DNA of 64,000 nucleotides from Catajapyx aquilonaris (lineage: Eukaryota): assembly GCA_000934665.2 (NCBI GenBank), contig KZ537996.1, positions 1 to 64,000 on the forward strand. Direction: 5' to 3'. Of the stretch, positions 25,139 through 39,500 are shown one piece after another (the stretch's first letter is position 1; the number at the start of each line of letters is the position of its first letter). The notes below the pieces were generated by a model. That model saw nothing but the letters and a program-made list of their open reading frames with translations. It searched no databases and was not told where the DNA came from. The position numbers and the translations under genes were made by a program.

Positions 25139-28100
25139 CGAAGGTTCTTATTGCTGGAATATGAGCCGTTTGTATGGTATTCACATCTTTCACACACCTG
25201 TGACATGTTCTTGTAGATCAGTCGTCTTTTTAGACGGAATAATTGCTTCCGATGAAATAATATTTCAGTTTCACGCTCCATTTCATAGTTTTCGTACCCG
25301 ATTGTTATGATCCACAGTTCTGGTTCCATATAGTCACGATTCTGAGAGTGCAAGTAGGCAACCGCTCTACTGTTTCTCTCTGCTGAAAAATAAATGTTTT
25401 TAAAAACTGCCGTACAGCATACGCATTCTTCATTAGATGTTTCGTTAGATCTTTGCACTGTAAGCTAAATTACAGCATTCCTGTTAAGCATCAGGCATGC
25501 GTACATACTGGTACATATGTATAGTACAAGGTAGTATATAGTTGTATCTCTGCTTCACTGTACCGTGTATTCCAACTGATGTGTCCGGTTTTGGTTAGCT
25601 CTTTTTCTTACTCCGTTGCTTATTATTAAGCAGTTACTTTATAATAGTTTTTTCGGAAGATTTCTAAAATGTTACTTGTTCATGTCAGGTGGAACAGGTG
25701 GGTAGGTGGGAGAGGGGGCAAGCCTATTTAAAAAAGTATGGTTCAACTAATTGACCTCAGGTGCTAATGAGTCACTCCCAACACCTTAGTTCAAAATTAA
25801 TTGCAATGCATTGCCTGGATGAATTATTTTTTCTTATCCTAATATTGAAAGCGAATATTTTCGATAGGTCCTAAAGTAAATGCAGGAAAGTAACTGTATA
25901 AAACTGAGCCATTAAACCCAAAATTTCTGATGTTATACTTAATATACGAGGTATATACTTCATTTTATACCACTTCTACAGTCTATGTAATTCCCTTCTT
26001 AATATCACCGTGCATTATCAAAATCCGGGCCTTATCAACGTCTGGTTTTTCTGTGAGTATTACCAGTAATTACAGCAATAATAATTAACAAACTGTGATT
26101 AACATGCAGTGTTAATCGACAACATGTCAAGAAGTCCAGGATATCTAAACTGCCGATCTCATAAAACAATAAAGAGTTAGCGCCTTCTAGACAAGTCAGC
26201 TTGTGTGGCAATGCATGATAAGTGCGCAGTACTCTAAGTTGCAGCGACTTCAAAACTATCAAGCACGCGAATGAGGTTACATATACCACTACCATTTCCT
26301 TGCCTCAACTGTTTGATCCTGTTTAGAAAACACTGGCATGTACCAATTAGTTGTTACGCCCATAGACCCATTGTGGCAACGCCAAATTAAAAAATTAAAA
26401 ACACCCGCAGATTATTGGCACGCGAAAGCTCTGGCATGTACACATGTGCCACACATTATGTACTTCCTGGCCCATTTTGCTATAACATGAATAAGACATG
26501 GCGCGCCCCTGGAGGTAAGGATAGGCAAACCTTCCTCCGAGTTTGCATCAAGGATTGGAAGAAGGGAGAAAAGGTGAATTGCGGCGTGACATTGAATTAG
26601 AAAATGCAGATAAGAATCCGGAGAGCCCTTAATTTATCTCTCGATTCTCCCTATGAGCCTAGGTGAGCTGATATAAATCATGGCGCAGATACAGTATCTG
26701 GCCGGTATAAATCACAGTCGGGGCTTCCGTGGATAAGAGAGTTTAATTAAACAACGGAGGAAAATATGTTGGCAGGCCCTTTACTTCAAAGTGAAGGTGT
26801 GATACTTGTAATTGATACGATGTGGCCTGGTACGAAACGCGTGCACGAAACCTTTTCAATTGTTCAACATATGCAGCAAAATAGATGCAGATAGATATAG
26901 TTAAGCAGGTGCCTCATTATAGTTAGTTTCGTTTTTTGGGGGGGAATTTTTCGAAGGTGGTGGTAGGAGGAGTTCCATAGTTTCACGGTGGTCTTTGGCG
27001 CAGGAAACAAATTCCCAATTACTGTCCTGAGGGGTTGAGCCTCCGTGTTTCATAGGACCGACAGGAAAGATGAGGCTTCGCTGCTGGATCAGACGCGTAG
27101 CCCCCAACAACAGATACGTTAATGGGGCCTGAATTTTTACTGTTTGGGAAAATCTATTGAGGAGCAAGGGGTCACCCCAAAAAAGGTCAGCAGGCCCCCA
27201 CTTTTCAGGGGCGGCAAAGGACTTTTGTAACACCTCTTTTGTGTTGCCGGCCAATTTGCCAAATTGAGTACAGAGCGGCCCCCTTTTCCACTTTTTCATT
27301 TTTAAAATATATTTTTTTTTTTCAAACACTAGAAGTGTGCGTTCCATATACATATGCAACACTTCCCTTTGGTAAAAATGAAAGCAGTGAATGATGTACG
27401 ACTCGAGCGGTGCCAAATGCGCAGTTTTCAAAATGGAAGCTGAGAAGTAAAGCTCCAAGATGCCAACAAGTAGCAGTAAAATCAAGCAGCTTACGATGTG
27501 GGAACAGAGTGCGAGGCAAAGAAGAAGATTCCCTTTTCCTTAACTGGGCAAAATTATGTGAATCGTTCTCAAAACGGCCATTAAAAGCTCCGGAGGAAAA
27601 TTTTCTCCGGGTTTAGGGCAGGTGGGGGTGCTACGATCTATTGGGAGGGAAGCGAAAGGGGTCGTAAATCAAGCCTTACCACACCTATAAATCATCCACG
27701 TTAGAAATGAAACGGATTCATCACTGTCTGGAGAAGACAGCCGCTGGAACCAGGACGCATGCGAGGAGGGAGAGCCATCCATATTAATGAATCATGGCCG
27801 AAGGAAAGAGGGGGAGAGAGTGGGAGGAAGGGGAGAAGGAGCAAGGGAGGGATGGGGAGGGATGGGGAATAGACGAGGCCAAAGTTTTCCTTCTTTAATA
27901 CCGCGTCCAATGGTCGCATCCATGATCCCCCACCCCCACCCTACTTCCAAACTGCGCAAATGGAAAACTCGCCTGCACAAAAATCTCGTCTCTAACAAGA
28001 TATATGCGTGGACCATGAGGCTGCCACTACCATCTTTACTTATTTCTTGCTTATTCATGACGTGGAATAACTCAGATCAATATTTTTCGGAGCATCGAGA

Positions 28101-31100
28101 GGGTAACGGAAAGGCAGTTTAATCCCTCCTGTGGTGATTTCATTGCTTTAAAAATTCGGATGATCTCATATGTAAAAATGTTTCTTGTAATATTCCATTT
28201 CGCAATAAACCTCAACATCACCTCGATAGTTATAATGTGATAATTTTTTAGCTGCTACAGAATGTGCAACAATAGTGAATGTGCCCCTGATGACTGTTGC
28301 TTCCAGCAGGTCTTGAATAATCTATAACATACTCCCGTCTCTAATGAGAACTTAACTCTGTTTAATGAGTAAGGGGTAAGTAACCCTGCTGTGCCTTTTA
28401 CTTATCAGAATGTGCTTTACTAACCACGGAAATAGCACTACAAAAGGATATACGTAAGCGAGGTGGTTGAAGGCATACTCAGGATATAAGAAAGTCTCGA
28501 GACCTCACACCTATTCGGTGGCCCAGTTGTGTGAATGCCAATTAATGCAAAATATATGATTTACATGAATAGAGAATACATAGATTTTCCTCTAAATTTC
28601 AGCTGATACAAGCCTGAGGAACACGATGTGGGAACAATTCGATGATCAACAGTTTCAACCGCCACTGTATTTAAAAAATATATATAGTCAGAATGCGCTA
28701 TACAAATTGTTGAATCAAGCAGCAGGCATCCTGTTTGGTACTCTGAACAAGCCGCCTGTACATAATAACTTGGAAAGTATACAAACTGGTAATTTCCCCC
28801 TCATTTGCATTCTAGCTCTGAGAATAAAGTTATTAATTACCCCCAAGAACAATTCTTCCACTATGCCATTTAACAACATATACAGCCAAGCAATTCATCA
28901 CTTTCGCAAGTAAAATTGTTAGTTACATGTTGGCCATTAGACAACGTTTACATCTTAATTCGTTGACTCGTATGCGCAGCTCTAAATTGTCTCCATATAA
29001 GTAAGAAGTTCCCTATATGTGCTATGAGGATACAGGAAAACCTCAACTTTAGAAGTGTGTATTTATCGCAAGTAACTTTTTGGCAAATCTTCTGACAGAA
29101 GGATATAAAAAGTTTGCATTAGTCGTACCAAAAATATACCAGTGATTTATGGCTGAGCTCTACTTGAACTTCTCGCAGAGTGACAAAACACGCCTCGTGG
29201 AGAAGTATGCGACCAGTGACTTCAGAAAATGGTCATAAGTTCAGTCCTATACGCCAGGCGAAAAATCCAAATGACATTAACCTACACTCCTTATAACTAC
29301 AGTGCAGATAAATGAATAAATTGTCTCATTTATATATGTATGTAATCAGCTCGCCAGCAAATATTTTCATGGGAGTAAATAATAATTTGGTGCTAGTATT
29401 ATCGCGTAATTTAGACAACTGTCGTGAAATGTCTTTGCATATAATGTGGAGTTTCCATCGCCACGGTGCAAAGTTCAAACCTTTTCATTGTAAGAAACCA
29501 TACAAAAAAATGACATTTTTCCTCAAAAAAAGTCGTACTCACATGATTGTGTATGTATTTGTGCTCACGCTTATCTGCCACGCCGTTGCGGTCCTGGATG
29601 ATGAACCGTCACAGGGTGACTCCATGCAGTTCGTGTCTTACAAAAGGTGTGCTGTTTTGCCTCATGAATCTATCCTCTCCTCATCCTGATTAACGACTAG
29701 AAGCTACAGGGGAGACTACTTAAGGGCACATTTTTTTTCTTTTACCCCCCTCCCCCCAAACCCCTTGAACAATTTACAATCCTGCTCCCAGACCCACCCC
29801 ACGGAAGTATACACCTTCCACACCTGCATCACAACACATTTTGAAATTCCAATAGCCTGGAAACGTCTTGCTTCGAACTCAACCCCCCAATCTTTTCAGC
29901 AATAAAAGTTACGATCCCCAAGACGTTGAACCCCCGACCTTGAACTTGTGCCCATTTTCTCCAGCTATAATATGGGCTCGTATTTCTAACTAGGCCTACT
30001 TTCGCCACCTAAGCGGCAGTGGGGTGGGTAAGGTTTCCAGTGGATATACAGGAGCGCCAGGCGCCTGTATCATGTTGGCTTTTTCCATGCGGGGAGAGGA
30101 GGAGCAAAGGGACGAGTTGGAAGGGGGTGGTGGAAGTGGGGCTTGAGAAGTGAGTCCCAGGCCACACATTGACACTTTGCGCTCTGAAAGAGCTGGCGAG
30201 GATGGGCTAATTATAGTCCTTGGGAAATAAGGCAGGCAGTTGGTGTGCTGGGGCTCTCTGGAAAAGGAGAAGAGGGCCTGGGGGGACATGACTACAACTT
30301 TGGACCATGGATTGCAGCTAATCAACGGCCAGCTTTCCCGAATAATCACGCGGAGTTATCCAGGGGAGAGAGAGGGCAATTGTCTTAATTAAATTATGGC
30401 AAAAGAAATAGGAGGGGGTTGAGTGAAATCGATGAAAATTCGGACCAAAATGGTTAGTTGCAAGAACCAAACTCCTAATCCGTGAGTAATTCAAGGGCAA
30501 ATTGTGCCACACTAGCCCTCCAGCAGATTGCGCGTTGCAAGGTTGTCTCTAAATAAGTAGTAAATTATAATCATCATAAATTTCTGGGTGTCGTCTTTTC
30601 TTCTGTGTACTTTAGCCAGAGAATTAGATGCCTTATTCATGAAGGTGCTGTAAATCTATGGAGACGCAATTCTCATTTACCAACCAATTAAACTTAGGAA
30701 AGCTCATTGCTGAGATCCTCACAAAATACAGCCTCCTGCAAGAACTCCTTGCAAGGCCCAGATCTATAGCTTTTCTCCTTCCTCTCTTCCCCATATATCG
30801 CCCCCCAGGCTTTCTCATTTGACCAAGTGCATCGCACAGGCATATACGACAGGCTTCAATTTTTCCACGTCCGGCTAGTCCCTGATTAAAAGGACCAATT
30901 AATTCGAGAGTCCTTTCCACTGCTGCCTATATTCTTGTCCTCGACTCTACAAACCTCCCCCAGCCCTATTTCCCAAAATTCTTATTTCCACTCTAGGCCG
31001 CGACGCAATTTAGAAACTTGTCCTTCCATGTCCACGAGATTCATACTACAACTCGACACACTTGTATAATTCAGGAACCACTCCTAAATGGCAACAGAGT

Positions 31101-34100
31101 GGAATGACTTCCTGAATCTGCTGCATCCCCAACACCCCCGAAGTTCCCCGAAGAAAAGGAGGACTTTTTCCCCACCCCGAGATAATTTCCAGCACTTGAG
31201 GGGAGGAAGAAAAGTGCCAGGAATCGACCCCCGTCTTTTTCCTGCCTGCCCCGACTAAATTACAGCCTATTCGTGGATACATAACTCTTTCCTTACAATA
31301 GACGGATGTGTCATACAAGAAACTGGAAGCCTCCCGTCTTTTCATCTGGAACATTATGTGCGGCTCTGGCTTGATGAATACCTACTTTTTTTTTACAGAG
31401 AGGGACTTATCACTAGAAAATAGGACCACAGACAGTAATGAAAAAGAGCTCGACACAGGGCAAGTTGCGAAAAAACTAGCTACTTTGCAGTCATTCATTT
31501 CTCACGGGCCAATTGCTCTAGGGCTGGAACTTTAGGTCACCAAGATAAGCGTTTGTGGCCATTTCCAGACCCGCATAGTCATCCTTTCTTCCTTTTCTTT
31601 TTTGTTAATCTGGTCGCAAGAAGATGGCTGAGAAGTTGCCAAGTGGACTACCGTCCACCAGGAGACCAACAAGAAACACTGCCAGCTTTTCCAGGCCGTT
31701 GATTGGGAAGGACATGGTAGGAGGGGGGCAGCAAATGAAATTAGTGTGCTACTCGTCATGGATAAGAGAGCCACGAGGTCAATTTCATTATCTGCTTTGG
31801 TTTTTTTCCCCCTTACTCTTGTGCTTCATGAAGAATAGCAAAAGAGGTCTAGTTTGGGCAACAACGGGCCCAGAGAGATAGGTGCAAGAGTGAGCCCTAA
31901 GAGCAGGCTTAGCTGGGAGCGGGGGCAGCCATTAGGGCTCCAAGCCGCAACTAAAACTTGCTAAATGCCTCAAAACTCAACCGTCTTGTTTGCAGGCTCT
32001 ATAAATCGTCCACTTTATTATAATTTTGAATTATCGTTATTATTCATTATTACTTCAAATTTCATTATTACCTCGTTATTACCGGAAATTTTGCGCAGAC
32101 TAATACTGCTCTTGCTGGTTTGGAAAGTCCCTTTTAATCCAATGAGGTATGGGGCTGGATTAACAATATGCTGCACTTTGATTACAAACGCGACCCTGGG
32201 ACAAAGGCGAGGATTTACCCTAATATTCCACAACTTGATCCTCCATGACGCGCTGCTAAATAAAGCCGCTGCAGCAGAAGCAATGGAGAGCCCACCTTGT
32301 TTGCATATGTGCAGAGTTGTTTTAATCCGCACGATTTATAAGAGTGCTCCATATAAAACCGGGACTCTTCATTGGAGCGCCCTAACCACACCTGCCACAT
32401 CAATCATCTCACCTGTCTTAAGAAGTCAGGTACCAATCAGGTAGGATTTTTCCATCCATCCAATCCACTCACCTCATATTTGGGCCCAACCCACCCAATC
32501 CAGCTATTTTTTTAAAGTACAAAAAATCACGACTACTAACTGGTGATAAACTGATGTTGTTTGGTACAGTAATACGAAACCCGTTGCGCCAACCTCACTT
32601 TCGTTTTTATTAATTTTCAGGCACATATTTCACTCCCCCCCCCCCCTACATTGCAGCTTCCGAATCCCCTCCCCTCCCTCGATTATTTCGAAATTTCGCA
32701 GCATGATGAATAGTCCGCAACAACAAGTATAGTGAAGCAGTGTGTCCCTCCGATTGCGCAGTGAAGCTGAGCGTCCCTCAGGGGGGAAGCTCCGACCCTC
32801 GTAAACACGGCCAATTTTCTGTCTTCCGGCACCTACACTGACACACGAGGATAGGGTTTCGCCCATAATTTGTGGTCGCCAAGCATATACTATAGGACAA
32901 CCATTTTGCACGCAAAACACCCCAAACTCTCGGAGCCAGTATTATTCCCGCCATATTTACAAACAAAGAGCCATCATGGCTTCCTCGGTTGTCGGTGGGA
33001 TACACCCACCTGCTATGCTCGCGACCAATCGTGAGCCTCCCAATTCATCATCCAGGTAGCAGAAAACTCACACCATTCCCCAAGAATATTGTGTAGCGTG
33101 TGCACAAAATGTTAAATATTCAAAATGGTGGAGCACGACAACCCCCCCTATAGCCTGACTGCAACGCCCTGGCTTTAAATCTCATATTCTCCTAATTGGA
33201 TGTAAATGAAGTATAACGGTTACATTTCACACTAAACAATTCCTATAGGCGTTTTATTCGTTGCTATAAATTATGTGGTTTAGTGCAGTGGGATGGGTGC
33301 AATAAGTGTAGCTTTTCCATGATGACGCTGTGGTCACCTGATTTAGCTTCCGGGGCCCCTGCTTGCACCGGTACCTGTTCGCTTGCATGCTTTTAGCCCT
33401 CCACGACAATCCCCAAGTGTGATGGAAAATAATCGTGCCGGTGTAAGGAACGGCAGGCACTGTAAATCACCTGGTAAACTACTACCGAGGATTCGCAGAA
33501 ACATATTGCAGAGTTGCAACCTGATCTTTGGCTGTGTTTTCCTTCTTGCAAAACGACATCCCTGAGGCTCACCGGTGCAAATTTGAAGAAAAAAAACGGA
33601 GGAGAAAAAATAATGGTTACGAAACTCAACACTCTAACAGTAGCTGGTGATAGAGAATATAAGTGGAATTTTATGGAGATGGCCAGCTTCATTTCTGGGT
33701 GGGCCTAAATTTTTTGGGGAGGGGTCCTTTTTCCGGTTTTTTTTTTTTGCTTTCCCTCTGCTGCTCCCAGAGCTCATGCAAATAACAGGGAAGGTTCCCC
33801 GTTCCGGGGCCCCAGCTATCATTCCACGTCCATTCCCCCGTTTGGCCGGTGACACAAGACGGATGACACCGCGATTCCAAAGACGAACGTGCCGCACGGT
33901 CTGACTTCCCCAGGGACACCAGGAGCTCAACCTACACTGCAGGCCTAGCTTCTACACTTTTTCGAATTACAAGAACAGTAACCCCGCCCCTTTTGAAAAA
34001 AAAATTCACAGGCTTGTTAAAATGCTTGGGATATCCAAATCTGAATAATCGTGACGCATATATTTTGCGACACTTGTTTAGTTAAACGACATGGTTATTG

Positions 34101-36500
34101 GGAAGGGAGGCTTTATCTTTCAAAAGAGTGGGTCAGACTCAACTCGGGCTAATAATTAAGGCTGAGAAAGGCCAAAAAGGTAGACAAGACACACCGGTGG
34201 GGTTGATTGGAGCCAGAGATTACATGGGGCTAAGCAGCGGGGCACTTTTACGTGCTTATCTACCGACCACTCCCACCGGTGGTTCCTAACCAACCAGAAT
34301 TCTTTCTTCCTAAAAAAAACAGGAACAAACATTTTGCGAAACATGATTCAGGCTCGTTAGCTCGTGCTTTTGGATGCTTCCAAAATGGTTCGGGGGTACT
34401 CAGAGGAGGAAGATTGGGTCATTAAAAAAAGGTAAAAGGTAAAAAAAAAAAAAACAGTCCTGCCCACCAACTGTTAACGGTAGTTTTCCTGACCTATCAC
34501 TTGGCCCACCTTTTTTGTCAAGTCCGGGAATCCAACAACCGGTAGTGAACCATAATAAATTAGGTGGTCATTTTATCAGCATAAGATTGGATCGGGGGGG
34601 ATGCCATGCCGCAGCCGACGTTGCATTAACCTGGACATTCGGATATAGCACGCAATTATATGAATCATATGTTTCATATGTGAGCACGCGGCCACATATT
34701 TCATCATAAGCCAGCCCGCAATTAATGTTGCTGGCTATTTATTGCAAGGCCTGATAGATGCAACTGCAAATTAGTCGGGGCTGACCTGATTGTACCGGGT
34801 ACCCAGGGTGCATCAAACCAGGCTCCCTAATGCAGAAAGAAAGAAAAAAATGGGTGCGCTACATGGGCTTTGTTCAGAATCGATAAGAAGGACATTAGGC
34901 TATTTCCGATGCGAGGATAACTTGGGAGAGATATAAATCCTCTCATCCCATAAGTCCCGTTTGCATAAAGGAACACAGCTTGGCAGCAAGGGGATGAGGG
35001 GACATAATGGAGAGAGGCGGGAGGTTCAAAAAAAAATAAGAAAAATACCGAAAAAAGCATTTGGTGTTGGGAGCTCGTGCTGTGAGACAAACGGACATCT
35101 TATGTGACCGAAATATGGCTATTTTCTCGGCGAAATACGTTCTTGAACCGCATGCTCGTTTTGTTTTATCGTTCTCTACCAATTTCTTCATAAGGGAAAA
35201 ATATATACAGAGCTTATTTCGGGTGCGCCGTGAATCATTTTTCCGGAACAAAGACCCGAAAATTACAAGGGCCGAGATAAACGTCCGGGGGAAACGAAAT
35301 GAAGTTGAAATTTATATCGAGTTGGAAGTTGTGACTTGCGCCTTGCACGTCACGGCAAAGTTCAGACTTGGAGGAGGGGTTGGGTGGAAGGGAGGGAGGA
35401 GGATGGAAGGCGGAAGGCGGTGGGTATAAGCTCCAAATCATTCATTCTGGATCTTTGCACTACATGCTTCAGGTCTACGTGCTAGGAAAGGAAATCGCGC
35501 GGATTATTGCTGCTTCGGCTCAAGGGTCGCCTGCCCCCCAAATCATCCCGCATGGAATTTGACGGTATTTCGTCGTATTTAGCATGCCCCCGACCCCACC
35601 CTCCATTTTGGATATTAGTCCCGGACAATGCAGTCCTCTCCCCCTCCTCCCTACTCGATGACTGCCGAGACCCACCCTAATGAAATTTTTCCTCTCAGTT
35701 CCTGTACGTCTCCCCGGAAAAGCACATATTCAGACCTCAATCGACGCTCCCCGTTCATTTTGACCGCTCACTCTTTTATAGAGCTAACTTTAAGTGACCC
35801 GAATGAGAGAAATAAATCTTGTAAAGCTTCTAATGCAGATAGATAGCCCCCCCTGGTCTTCACAACTGCCTAGACTTTAGGGAGGTCTTATCAGGATTAA
35901 AAAATCCTCCCATCCCAGGGAAGTAATTTAGATATCGAACAATAATCCCTCGTAAATAACCTCCAGGTCTGATGCATTCCTGCCGTTAGAAAAAGGCGGG
36001 AGAGAGAGTCTTAGAGAAAGGGAAAAAAAGAGCAAACTCAAAGGGAAAAAAAGGCCTGATTCGGTAGCAAATCCAACTCATCAGCAGAAAGGAAATGAAT
36101 CGGCCCCATCCGGTGCAGATAGCAATAATTTCTGGTCAGACCTCAGCGACCCCGTTGTGTTTCTTCACTCGCTAGTACCTTATCCACTTGATACGACTCA
36201 ATTGCCCTCAAATCTCCGGTTATGCGATTGTGTCGTAATCACGTTCAAAACGCCGTTTTAAAATTCTTCACAGGTACTTGAATCCAAAAATGCTGTTTTA
36301 TAATAATTTTCGGGTACATTGAAAGATTTTTAAAAGTTACATACAATATTGACTGTGTTTAAAATTATTGACTAGGTGCATAAAATTTCTAATAGCCATA
36401 TAAAACTAGTGATGTATGAATAAAGTCATTTCAAATTGTAAATAATAAATATGATACCCGCTTTTCCCATTTTCAGGTTTCATTCACACTGTTATACATA

Positions 36501-36583
36501 TTATGCATATACTGAATATTTTATGCCTATAGTGAATATTATTATGCAGCTAGTGAATATCTTTATGCACTTAATAAATATAT
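36501..36583. repeat. Degenerate minisatellite, unit about 20-21 bp, 4 copies
   Basis: Units TTATGCATATACTGAATATT, TTATGCCTATAGTGAATATTA, TTATGCAGCTAGTGAATATCT and TTATGCACTTAATAAATATAT start at 36501, 36521, 36542 and 36563. Confidence 0.75.
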
Positions 36584-39500
36584 TTTTACGCGTAGAGATT
36601 TTTCAGCAATTTATACCCTATAATTTGCATGAAATAGATATCGACTCTTTCGGGCATTTTCCGTACTTCTGGCTAGTTATGTCCCTTGCTTCCAACGTTA
36701 ATGCCATCCATGTAATTAAATTAGACATGTGGGATTTGGTTAAGATAAAAGCCGTTAATAAAGCCCGTCCGGTTTGACAATATAATTAAAGGAACCTGTC
36801 GCCATTTAGAAAAGGTCCGGATAAAAAATTTGCAACTATTTCGAGCGCAATAACAAATTGGCCACCTGATTTGCGGCCTGGGGGCGAGACTCAATTTTTC
36901 CCTAGACTAGGCGACTGTCAGTATTCATTAGGTGGAGTGAACTGCGAGTCGGATTGAACATTCTTTTCTGTTCTTTGTGCAAGAGCGGGTTCCATCTTCA
37001 CTCCCATCCCAAGCCGAGACTTTCTACTCGGGTGGAACCAACCGGCGGGGACTCGATTCTCTTTTTTTTTTTGCCCTCGATGGAACCACCAACCCCCCGG
37101 GAAGATGGCATTCGTTTCTTCCTCCTCCTTCCCTTCTTCCATCTTCTTCCCACCCACTGGAAACAAGTGGTCCATGCTGCACGCCTCCAACACTCGTAAC
37201 TCATCTAGCAAAGTAAACATGCATACGTCGCCCCCCCTCAACCCTTTTCCTGTAGCAATGCACCACTCTTGCAACGAATATTTCTATTCCAGAATACACC
37301 TTGTCGCACCGCATAGCAACCGGTGACAATAGATAAATTAAAATAAATGATGATTTCACGCTGCTGTCCAATATGCACGCCCACAACTCTGTCTTTGGGG
37401 GGACATGGCGCAGCATGTTGCTGCTTAATATGCAGCCAGCTGAATCTACTCTGGGAGATCAGCTTTCGTCATCAATACCCATAGTAATCTATTTAATGAT
37501 ACTCATTAAAATAGACGCGGTCTCATTTGGTACTCTTAGTCCTAAAGCGTTGGCAATTAGAAAGGATTATGCATTCTTACCGATAATAATTAAGGGACTT
37601 GGGGCTGCAGTGGGGATCAGAAGTGCTGGAGTCGAGTTATTGGATTTTGTTAATATATTCTTTGGTGCAATGGACTGTTCGAGATGAAGACATTGTTGCA
37701 TAATTACACCTGTTGAGATCCTGCGGCGGGATTGTCCCTTTGGATAGAATACTGGGGGCCAATGTACCCGGCTCGGTTAATTATAGCCCTTCAAAAATAG
37801 ACCAAAGGTGGAACAGATTGGGGAGCATAATCACGGAAGTCATGCCAACCACAAACCGCTTTAACCAAGTTCCATCCGGCCTTTATGATTTTTTATGAAC
37901 CATTTTTCCAGCCGAGAGGTTGCTCAAATTATGCATCAAATTTAATGACTAGTGCTATTACGCTAATATTCACCAAGATGTATAGCGCTTTGGTCGACAT
38001 TTTTTTTTCGTCCTCTCTTACACTCGCCGCTATGTAAATCAGCATATACTGATATCCAGACTTATACGTCGCAGAATATTCCTACAACATGGCTTGTTCA
38101 TCGTCGTCCTTTTTACTTCCTCTTTTTTTTGTCGACGAAAAAGTAGCCAAGAATCACAAGAGCGTCTCAAAATTTTAAAAGCATTCCGGTCGTACATCAC
38201 CATTCCGAATAAATTTCAAATGGCTATAAGCACGCGCCCATATTTCCTTGCGCCCCTTAATGTATTGCAATGTCAAGGAGCAGAAGAAAAGATTCAGAAA
38301 AAGGCTGTGAGAAAATGGGGCATCATGTGTGACACGAATACGAATGGGCGTGAAAGCAGCGTCTTGCCTGCCGTCTGGTGGCTGCTTCACGACACACACA
38401 AATAAAAAGAAGCAAAAAAATTGCGCTACCATTTCAGCAAGTTCATACTACAGTATGACAAATGTCTTACCTTCTACCACGACATATCGCGAATAGGCGA
38501 GCTTAATGAGCTACGTCCCTCGTAATTTAAGGCTGGCCGAACGCACGCACAATAGGATCATTTGTGCGTGCAAAGAAAAGACCCGTTGCCAATATCTGCG
38601 GAATAAATTACTGGCGCTAAACAAGTTACGACTGATAGGAACTTAGGGAGGGGGAAAAAAAATTCAAGTCGACAATTAACTACAGCCTTCGGTTTGAAGG
38701 AAATCGAAGGCATTTCGCTTGATGGAACAACATAAACGACTTGAGCCAACCACCATTACCCCTCTCCCTTAATAACCTTATTCATAAAAGTTACTCATTC
38801 CTGTACCGATAAGACAGCCCTCCTAGATTTGAAAGAAAAAAATGTCGACCTTCTTCAGATAAAAAATCATAAACTTTGCTCCCCCTCTCAGTGCGGAAGT
38901 CGCTTTATGACGTGATACCAACCGACTCCGGGATGAGACAAGGGGAAGAAGAGAAAAAAAACAATAAAATGTAATTTGCTACTTGTACTTTTTTTCCAAA
39001 CTTCTACCCGTCTGGCTGGAACATAATAGATCATCTAACATTTACGGATGTGTACAAGACGCGAATTGGTGTCTAATCAGTGATCATTATTTCATGCATC
39101 AATAGAGCCTGCTTATATGGCTACTGTTTTTATATCCCAATCTCCAAAAAATAGAAGCAATATTGTGTATGTATTTTAATGTACGTTTAAATGGTTAATA
39201 AAGGCGAGTTACGAATAACACACTACCCATTTTACTATTTGTTATGACGTCATTAATTGAATGGACTAAATGGTCAGATATCATGCGGATTTTAAAAATT
39301 ACCACACTTCATTATACCAGTAGCGTTAAAAATATTAAAATATTTTGCAGAACAAAAGCAGCTTATGAAACATACTTATACTTTACACTATCAGGTGCAA
39401 CATTCACAGTTGAATAAAAATTAAATTCCTATGAACATGAGCGTCAAAAATTACTTGACAAGCTGGGACATCGACTTCATTGGAACCGAGATTGCACTGA

